Made by a program: the position numbers and the translations under genes. This document shows, in pieces, positions 17,216 through 24,042 of a stretch of 24,042 bases of DNA. Origin of the DNA: a virus (Duplodnaviria > Caudoviricetes); the IMG/VR virus record IMGVR_UViG_3300030620_000022, positions 1 through 24,042 of that record; one strand, given 5' to 3'. Each line of letters starts with the position of its first letter. The stretch's first letter is position 1. Below the pieces are notes generated by a model that did not search any database, was not told the DNA's origin, and saw only the letters and a program-made list of their open reading frames with translations.

Positions 17216-17238
17216 GCGGATCGATAGAACGATCCCGC
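17216..17238 (+). terminator. Short hairpin after the adaptor gene
   Basis: GCGGATCG-ATAGAA-CGATCCCGC, 8 bp with one bulge, no U-tract. Confidence 0.35.
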
Positions 17239-17249
17239 ATCCACCCGGC

Positions 17250-17258
17250 TGGTAGACT
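17250..17258 (+). promoter_or_regulatory. Extended -10 promoter TGG-TAGACT; leaderless start at ATG17265
   Basis: Same TAGACT hexamer and 6-nt spacing as the portal promoter; no SD. Confidence 0.65.
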
Positions 17259-17264
17259 GGAACC

Positions 17265-18683
17265 ATGCCGCTTGGTGTTCCAACATCCCCCGGCGAGATC
17301 GACCGGCAGTCCGGGACTTCGTACGCGCCACCGGCACCGTCGTCGGGTAACCAATGGCAGCAGATTGCCGATCAGCGCTCCACGAACTGGGGAGCGCTCA
17401 GCCCGGCCGGGCAACAGCGCATGATCGGTTACCACGCCGGTGGATACGGTGGTTTCGGCGCCGGATCCAGCGACCCGCTCACAGCGCTTCTGCAGCAGCA
17501 GTTGAACATGAACCGCGCCGACTCCCAGGTGGCCGGGCAGTTCCTGGCGACCGACACCGCGCTCGCCAACGCCCTCTACGGACACAACGTCACAGGGCTC
17601 CGCGACCAGTACGGGTTCGACGCTGGGTTCCTGACGAACGCCGCGTACCGTGACGTGGACCTCGCCCGACAGCAGGCCGCGAATGAGTTCAACGCTGGTC
17701 AGCGCAACGTCGGCCTCGAGTTCGGCAACCTGGCGCGGCTCGCCGGACTGGCCGACAGCCAACTCGGCAACCAATACCAGACGCTCGAAGATCTGCTTGG
17801 ACGCACCGGGATCGAACGCACCAACGCGATCGAGGCGCTCAACCGGAACTTCAACCTGGCCGGCGACCGCTACGAGCTCGGATTGGGTGAGAACCGCACC
17901 GCGTACAACGCTTCCGACCGGCGTGCCGTGTCCGACCAAACGGTGCGCGGGTCGAGTCTGTCGGCCGGCGCGCGGCGCTCCCGCGATGAGCTCGTCCAAC
18001 AGCTGAACCTCGCGAACAAGGGTGAGGAACTCACCTACAAGGGTGCTGAGGACGACTTCGACACCGGGCTCTCCGCAGCCGATCTCCGCTACCGCACCGG
18101 GGTCGACACGTACAACGCCGGGATGCGCAACGCTGAGCTCGACTTCGAATCGTCGACCGGGGATCTCCGGCACCGTGGCGATCAGCTACGCAACCAGCGT
18201 GACGACGCCAAGGCCAACTTCGATCTGCGTAGCAAGATGATCGATTCGATCGCGGACGACTACGGCATCCGCGCCGACGAACTCAAATCGACGCTGAACC
18301 GTGGCATCGACCGGCTCGGCATCGACCTGCAATCCACCCTCAACCAGCTGGCCAAGGATTTCCAGTCGAGCGACGTGCAGCGCCGGGCGAACGCGAACGC
18401 GATCATGCAGCAGCTGATCATGGCCGGCCAGACCGGTGGTGGTCAGCAGGCGCCGCGGGTGCCGAGCTCGGGGATGACACCAGCACAGATCGAACGTGCC
18501 CGATGGGAGCAGATCGCCGAGCAGCGCAAACGGGATTTCCTGACCCGGGCCCAGAACGCCCAGCCCGGCCCGTCACCGGCATACGGCGACACCGGGATGA
18601 GCCCGTCGTACCCGGAAGGGCCCGGTTTCGGTGTCAATCCCGTCGAACAAGCGCTGATCGACGCCCGCAACCACTCGCAGTAA
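17265..18683 (+). CDS. Putative internal virion / DNA-ejection protein 1 (472 aa)
   Basis: Ala/Gln/Asn/Gly-rich, long helical, no Cys; first of three such genes after the tail genes. Confidence 0.65.
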   Translation: MPLGVPTSPGEIDRQSGTSYAPPAPSSGNQWQQIADQRSTNWGALSPAGQQRMIGYHAGGYGGFGAGSSDPLTALLQQQLNMNRADSQVAGQFLATDTALANALYGHNVTGLRDQYGFDAGFLTNAAYRDVDLARQQAANEFNAGQRNVGLEFGNLARLAGLADSQLGNQYQTLEDLLGRTGIERTNAIEALNRNFNLAGDRYELGLGENRTAYNASDRRAVSDQTVRGSSLSAGARRSRDELVQQLNLANKGEELTYKGAEDDFDTGLSAADLRYRTGVDTYNAGMRNAELDFESSTGDLRHRGDQLRNQRDDAKANFDLRSKMIDSIADDYGIRADELKSTLNRGIDRLGIDLQSTLNQLAKDFQSSDVQRRANANAIMQQLIMAGQTGGGQQAPRVPSSGMTPAQIERARWEQIAEQRKRDFLTRAQNAQPGPSPAYGDTGMSPSYPEGPGFGVNPVEQALIDARNHSQ

Positions 18684-18696
18684 TCCAGAGGGACAC

Positions 18697-20055
18697 ATGG
18701 CCATCACACCACCTGTCGACCCGAACCGTGCAGCGACGATCCGGCAGTTCTTCGCGCAACGGAACGCGTCGGCGCGTACCCGGTTCGACCCGCTCGAAGA
18801 TCTCTTGAACCGGCAGGCCGCCCGCCGCACCGATCGCCGCGCACTCACCCAGGCGATCCGCGCCAACCAGACGCAACGTTTGACGCAGGCTCTCAGCGAT
18901 GCACCGCTCGCGCTCCCTGCCGCCGGTCAGACAGCCACCGGAGGCCAGGCTCTCGCCCAATACGTGAACCCGGGCACGTCGCGGGCTGTGGTCCCCGCGA
19001 CGGGCACTCAGGCTGCGCTGGCCGGGGGTCGCGCACTCCCTGCCGCATCGACCCCACTCGCAATCGGACCGGGCACTGCAGCTGCGGCTCCGGCGACCAT
19101 CCCGATGGGGGGTGCTGGTGTGGGGGGCACGGCTGCAGCAGCCCGCACCGCGGCCACTGCAGGTCGGGGGATGACTGGCGCGCAGGCGCTCGCCGGTCTC
19201 GGTGTGACCTACCCTGGCCCGACCGGTGGTGCCGGTGGTGCAACCGGAGCGTCTCGGTTCGCACCACAACTCTCCCGTGCTGGTGTCCTCCGCGGTCTCG
19301 GATACGGCGGCGCCGGTCTGGCAGCAGGACAACTGGCTGGCAACCTGTTCGATGACGAAGGCACATACGCGGACGAAGGTCTCAGCGGTGCACTCGCGGG
19401 TGCGGGTATCGGCGCCGGCATCGGCTCGGTCGTCCCGCTGATCGGCACCGGCATCGGTGCGGGGGTGGGTGCGCTCGCCGGTGGCGCGATCGGACTGTTC
19501 GGCCCGAAATCCACGGGCACGAAGGCGGTCGCGTCCGAGATCGAGAACCAGTCCCAGGATTTCAACGAGATCCTCACCACCTACAACCTGTCGCCCGAAG
19601 CCCGCAACCAGCTGCAGGTACAGCTGGACGTGATGCTCGCCCAGGCCGGTTCGAAGGACGACGTGAAAGCCGCGTACGCCCAGGTCGGTCAGTTGGTGCC
19701 GGGGCTCGTCGCGTCCGACCAGGCACGCCAAGCCGACGCCGCACGGGCCGCCGCGATCTACGCGATGCTCAGCCCGCAGATGGAGCAGCTGAACCAACAG
19801 AGTTCGCAGGCGGCGCGGGAGCTCTCCACCGCGATGTCATCCGCAGCCGGCAACATCTCCGATCCGCAACTCGCTGACATCTACCGGGCCCGGGCTGCCG
19901 AAGTCCCCTACACCGCGACGCGCAACAACCAGTCCGCCATGCTCGAGCTCGCCCTCGCCGACGCCGCGTACAAGGCTCAGGCGCAGCAGCAGGCCGCCGC
20001 GGCCCAGCAGTCGTCGGTTGATCCAACCCTCGCGGCGTTGCTGGCAGGAGGATGA
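18697..20055 (+). CDS. Putative ejection protein 2 with glycine zipper (452 aa)
   Basis: GAGGGA RBS; Ala/Gly-rich; GALAGAGIGAGIGSVVPLIGTGIGAGVGALAGGAIGLFG glycine zipper. Confidence 0.7.
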   Translation: MAITPPVDPNRAATIRQFFAQRNASARTRFDPLEDLLNRQAARRTDRRALTQAIRANQTQRLTQALSDAPLALPAAGQTATGGQALAQYVNPGTSRAVVPATGTQAALAGGRALPAASTPLAIGPGTAAAAPATIPMGGAGVGGTAAAARTAATAGRGMTGAQALAGLGVTYPGPTGGAGGATGASRFAPQLSRAGVLRGLGYGGAGLAAGQLAGNLFDDEGTYADEGLSGALAGAGIGAGIGSVVPLIGTGIGAGVGALAGGAIGLFGPKSTGTKAVASEIENQSQDFNEILTTYNLSPEARNQLQVQLDVMLAQAGSKDDVKAAYAQVGQLVPGLVASDQARQADAARAAAIYAMLSPQMEQLNQQSSQAARELSTAMSSAAGNISDPQLADIYRARAAEVPYTATRNNQSAMLELALADAAYKAQAQQQAAAAQQSSVDPTLAALLAGG

Positions 20056-20077
20056 CGAGTCGACGGGGAGGTGACCG

Positions 20078-23000
20078 GTGGCCAGTCTCGATGATCTCGT
20101 AGCGCAGCTGGCGCCGGCTGCCGGCGCGCTCCCATCCGCCACCCTCGCACCGCAGCCGGGAGCGACGAGTGCCGCGCTGCCGTTGATCCCAAGTGGAAGC
20201 GCTCCCAACTTGGGTTCGGGTGGTGGGAGTCCAAGTTCAGTTGGACCCGTCCTCGCGTCCCAGCCTGACAACTTCACGAAACTCACCAACAAGTGGGCCG
20301 AGCTCGCCGCGCTCAACGATCTCATCTCACCGGAGATTGTCGGCGCGCTGATCGACTACGACGCCGAACGTGTCGCCCGTGGCTCCCAGCCGCTCACCCG
20401 CGAACAGACCATCAAGGCGGCGGTCGCGGCACGTGACAACCGCCAGGTCACCCAGGAACCGGACCGATCCGCCGGGATCACCGCACTGCCCGGCAACGCG
20501 GTCCGGGACCTGGGGACGATCGTGTCCGGCATCCCGCGTCTCCCGCTCGCGCTTGTGAAAGAAGCACAGGCGGTCGGTGAGATCCCCCAGCACATCGCCC
20601 AGGCGCAGGCCGATGGGCGCAACATGATCGAAGCGGTCGCGTCGGCACCCGGGATCCGGATGCTGCCCGGTGCGTTCATCGCCGAGAATCTCACCAACCC
20701 GGCCGAGTTCCTGCGACACCCGCTGTTCACGGCGCTTGATGTGCTCCCCGGCGCGAAGGCCGCGGGGGTCGGACCGAAGCTGGCTGCGACCGCGCCGGGG
20801 CGTGCGATCGCGTCGGCTGCGGACACGTTCAAGACCGCCACCGCACCAGGCCGGCTCCTGTCCGCGGCGTTCGGTGGTGACGCGCGTGACGTGGCTAGAA
20901 CCGCAGAAGAACTCGGTGGCCGGTTGCAGAACATCCGCGACGGTGTGACCCAGCCCGCCAACCCGTTCGAACAGTTCCTCCGTGACGCGGCCACCATCGC
21001 CGAGCGACACACTCTCAGCCCAGAAGATGTCACCAGCGCGACCCGGGCCGCTCAACTCGGCGACTACACCGGGCTGTCTGGCCAGCAACTCGCGTTTCTG
21101 GACGAGGCACGCGGTCTCGCCCATGAGCAGGGCCGTCGGTTGGTGGATCTCGACGAGCTCGGCCAGGTCGAAATCGACGGCCGGATCGAGTTCTACCCGC
21201 GCGACCAGGCCCAGAAGCTGAACCGGGCACGTGGTCTCGCGACCACCGCGGACCGGTTCGCGGCGCTGCGCACCGAGATGATGAACCCGACCGGCCGGCT
21301 CACCATCGACGACTTCGAACGGGGGTTGGAATCCGCTGTCGACACGTTCGCGTTCGACCGTTCACTCGGCATGGCGGAGGCCCGCGCGATCGCGCAAACC
21401 ATGTCCGGCTACGGGTACGACACCACCGCGCTGAGGAAAGCACTGCGCACCGGGAAGGAACCGGCTGCCGCGCTCGAGCAGTTCCGCGCCAGCCGTGACG
21501 CTCTCATCCCTGACGAGATGATGCCGCTCATGGAGATCGTCGGTGAGCTCAAACGGCACCGCAAAGACATCATGGCGGACCGGCTGACCACGGCGATCGC
21601 GGACGGCAACACGACCCGGATCACGTCGTCGCTCAACTCGATCCTCAACCGCCAGAAGTTCACGCTCCCGGTCACCGACGATGCCCGGTTCGTCCGATCG
21701 GTCCGGGCTGTACGTGATCGGCTCCGGTTCGACGAAACCACATTCGGGAAGTACACCGACCAGCATGCCGAGAACCTCGCGCGCCGCGCCGAGCGGCTCA
21801 TGTCACGCAAGGCGCCGGCCCGGTTCGAACCGGCGATCGGTGAGACCGCGCGTCAGCAGTTCACCGAGCAGGTGATGCCGGCCCACGCGACCCCTGACCA
21901 AGCCGCGGCGATCACCCAGGCAGTGCTCGAATCCCGGTGGGGCGCCGTGTCGGAGCTCACCGGTGGGGCTCTCGGTGCTGACGAGCTCGCGTCTCTACGC
22001 GACACGATCGTCAAAGACGTGACCGCGACTTGGCGCCAGATGCAGCAGCAGGGGCTCGATCCGATCTTCGTACACAAGACGACCCGGGGCCGCGCGTCAC
22101 AACTCGCCACACCCCGCATCGGGCCGGTCCCACAGACGCTCTCCCAGGCACGCGAACGCTTCATGCACTGGGGCGATCTCGAATCCGATCTCACCGTGTC
22201 GCTCGGCCATCAGGCGATGGAGATGCTGAACCGCCAGGCCACCGAGCAGTTCGTCGAACATGTCGTGCAGAGCTACGGGGTCAAGTCCGCCGATCTCCGC
22301 GAGACGTTCGCCGACCAGGCCCGGGACGCGGCGGCGCGGTCGGGCACCACGTTCGAGCAGGCGCTCCGTGATCTGATCGACCGCCGGTTCGAGGTGTTCA
22401 ACCCCGACAAGGCCGGCTACTCGTGGGGCGGCGGCAGGTTGGATCAGTTCCGCCAGGACGAGTGGATGATCCCGAAGCCGCTCGCCGACAACCTGCATCG
22501 GATGGCCAGCCCACGGGGTCCGATCCAAACTGTGTTCGACCCGGTGTCAAAGACGTTCCGGATGTCGGTGATCGGGCTCTCCCCACGCACCCACCTGTAC
22601 AACATCTTGGGTGGTGCCGTGATGCTGTTCGGTGAGACCGGCCCGCGCGGGTTCGCGTACCTGTCGGACGCATGGAAGATGGCGCGCGATCCGGCGTCGA
22701 TCACCGACGAAGCACTCAAAGCGACGATGGGATCCGGCAAGCGAGCCTGGACGAACGAGGATTTCGCGCGCGCACAAGCATCGACGCTCACCGGACGGAC
22801 GATGGCGCGTGTATTGGGCGAACACCACCAGTCGGTGTCGAAGGCGGGCAAGGCGGTCTCGGGAGTGGTCGACAAGTCCCTCACGTTCAACTCACTGATC
22901 GACGACATGTACCGGTCCGCGGCGTACCTCTACGGCCGCGACAAGGCGCTCACGAAAGGTCTCACCAGGGAAGCCGCGGAGTCGGCCGGCCGCGAGCTCA

Positions 23001-23875
23001 TGCGCAAGACCATGATGGATTGGGTGTCGCTCACCCCGATCGAGCGTGGTGTGTTCAAATCGATCTTCCCGTTCTACTCGTTCATCCGGCATTCGATGCA
23101 GTACGTCGCGCGGTACCCGGTCGACCATCCGTTGCGTGCGTCTGTGGTCTCGGCGTTCGGGCGCGCCGAGCAGGAGGATCTCGGCGCTCTCCCCGGCTCA
23201 TTCCTGCAGGCGCTGTTCGTCGGAGCACCGGACGCGGACCGCAACGCGCTGCAACTCGGCGGTGTCAACCCGTTCGGTGATGTGGCCAACATGTTCACCG
23301 TCGCCGGGTTTCTGAGCTCCACCAACCCGATGCTGACAACGGTGCTCGAGCAGGCCGGTCTGATCCGTGGCGCGGCCGAGCTCTACCCGACGCTGCGTTA
23401 CGACCCGGGGACCGGGCGCCTCACCGCGCAGCAGTCGAACCCGCTGGTCAACTTCGCCGAGAACGTGATCCCGCAAACCCAGGTGCTCACCGGGCTGCTC
23501 GGCATGAACGCCGATCTGAACAGCCAGATGCGTTCCAACCCGGACGCGTTCCGGCGGTCACTCGCGTCATCGGTCGGGCTGCCGATCGTGTGGCGGAACT
23601 ACAACGTGCCGGCCGAGATCGCGAAAGCCGAAGTGGCGCGGCAACGGTCTGAGGATCTCGCGAAAGACACCGCGCTCGAAAGTGGGAACTGGGACGAGGC
23701 GCTCCGCTATCCGGGGCTGCGGCCGTTCTTCGACCAGCTGTCGACGCTCCCACCCGAGGTGTTGGCCGCGTACCAGCCGAAGTCGCGTGAAGCTATCTCG
23801 GAGCAGCTGCGCATCCTTGTGTCGACGACGAGCTCCGGGACGGGCGCCGGGCAGTCGCGCGGTGGTGGCATGTAG
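20078..23875 (+). CDS. Large putative internal virion / ejection protein 3 (1265 aa)
   Basis: GGAGGTG RBS with GTG start; helical; C-terminal pattern DWVSLTPIER...IFPFYSFIR...NPFGD seen in large podoviral core proteins. Confidence 0.72.
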   Translation: MASLDDLVAQLAPAAGALPSATLAPQPGATSAALPLIPSGSAPNLGSGGGSPSSVGPVLASQPDNFTKLTNKWAELAALNDLISPEIVGALIDYDAERVARGSQPLTREQTIKAAVAARDNRQVTQEPDRSAGITALPGNAVRDLGTIVSGIPRLPLALVKEAQAVGEIPQHIAQAQADGRNMIEAVASAPGIRMLPGAFIAENLTNPAEFLRHPLFTALDVLPGAKAAGVGPKLAATAPGRAIASAADTFKTATAPGRLLSAAFGGDARDVARTAEELGGRLQNIRDGVTQPANPFEQFLRDAATIAERHTLSPEDVTSATRAAQLGDYTGLSGQQLAFLDEARGLAHEQGRRLVDLDELGQVEIDGRIEFYPRDQAQKLNRARGLATTADRFAALRTEMMNPTGRLTIDDFERGLESAVDTFAFDRSLGMAEARAIAQTMSGYGYDTTALRKALRTGKEPAAALEQFRASRDALIPDEMMPLMEIVGELKRHRKDIMADRLTTAIADGNTTRITSSLNSILNRQKFTLPVTDDARFVRSVRAVRDRLRFDETTFGKYTDQHAENLARRAERLMSRKAPARFEPAIGETARQQFTEQVMPAHATPDQAAAITQAVLESRWGAVSELTGGALGADELASLRDTIVKDVTATWRQMQQQGLDPIFVHKTTRGRASQLATPRIGPVPQTLSQARERFMHWGDLESDLTVSLGHQAMEMLNRQATEQFVEHVVQSYGVKSADLRETFADQARDAAARSGTTFEQALRDLIDRRFEVFNPDKAGYSWGGGRLDQFRQDEWMIPKPLADNLHRMASPRGPIQTVFDPVSKTFRMSVIGLSPRTHLYNILGGAVMLFGETGPRGFAYLSDAWKMARDPASITDEALKATMGSGKRAWTNEDFARAQASTLTGRTMARVLGEHHQSVSKAGKAVSGVVDKSLTFNSLIDDMYRSAAYLYGRDKALTKGLTREAAESAGRELMRKTMMDWVSLTPIERGVFKSIFPFYSFIRHSMQYVARYPVDHPLRASVVSAFGRAEQEDLGALPGSFLQALFVGAPDADRNALQLGGVNPFGDVANMFTVAGFLSSTNPMLTTVLEQAGLIRGAAELYPTLRYDPGTGRLTAQQSNPLVNFAENVIPQTQVLTGLLGMNADLNSQMRSNPDAFRRSLASSVGLPIVWRNYNVPAEIAKAEVARQRSEDLAKDTALESGNWDEALRYPGLRPFFDQLSTLPPEVLAAYQPKSREAISEQLRILVSTTSSGTGAGQSRGGGM

Positions 23876-23906
23876 CTCGCGCGTGTGTTCGCGCGTCAGT
23901 GTGATC

Positions 23907-23923
23907 ATGCGGTATGATCCCAC
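23907..23923 (+). promoter_or_regulatory. Promoter motif ATGCGGTATGATCCCAC (-10 TATGAT at 23913-23918)
   Basis: Intergenic; near-identical to the copy at 16493. Confidence 0.65.
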
Positions 23924-23991
23924 TCGTGCGGCCATCGGGTGCTGAGGGGAGCCGGTGGCCGCACGGAGGATGCTGACATGAAGGACGCCAG

Positions 23992-24042
23992 ATGATCGAG
24001 CTCGCTGTGGCCGGCATTGCCGTGTGCGGTGTGCTCGGCGCT
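23992..24042 (+). CDS. 5' end of a gene with hydrophobic N-terminus (MIELAVAGIAVCGVLGA...), truncated by the window edge
   Basis: GAAGGA RBS 6 nt upstream; frame open to the end of the window. Confidence 0.5.
   Translation, partial: MIELAVAGIAVCGVLGA

Noticed and set aside
16653-18173. 506-aa - strand ORF (likewise 6017-7276, 7838-9004 and 18634-19797)
   Set aside because: Antisense shadows of well-supported + strand genes, expected in high-GC DNA; no motifs or expression signals
1-24042. tRNA, CRISPR array, integrase/att site, stop-codon recoding
   Set aside because: None seen; intergenic gaps are short and the genes are intact in the standard code, using all three stop codons

Overview
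This window is the packaging and virion-morphogenesis arm of a high-GC tailed phage or prophage with short-tailed (podovirus-type) architecture. The host is inferred to be actinobacterial. Almost all genes are on the + strand, in this order: three small genes, terminase large subunit, FmdB-type Zn-ribbon protein, portal, an inserted small-protein + metallophosphoesterase pair, small ORFs, putative scaffold, major capsid, cement protein, putative tail nozzle, tail-associated proteins including a lectin-like receptor-binding protein, head-tail adaptor, and three putative DNA-ejection proteins (472, 452 and 1265 aa). One polytopic membrane protein (GT-C glycosyltransferase-like) lies on the - strand, tail-to-tail with the receptor-binding gene, whose 3' end is lower in GC. 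The most striking non-coding pattern is six TANNNT -10 elements each 6-8 nt before a start codon (predicted leaderless transcripts). Three of them share a 17-bp motif, ATGCGGTATGATYCCAC. No integrase, tRNA, CRISPR array, tape measure, sheath or lysin was recognised. All product calls come from motifs and gene order read by eye, with no database search.
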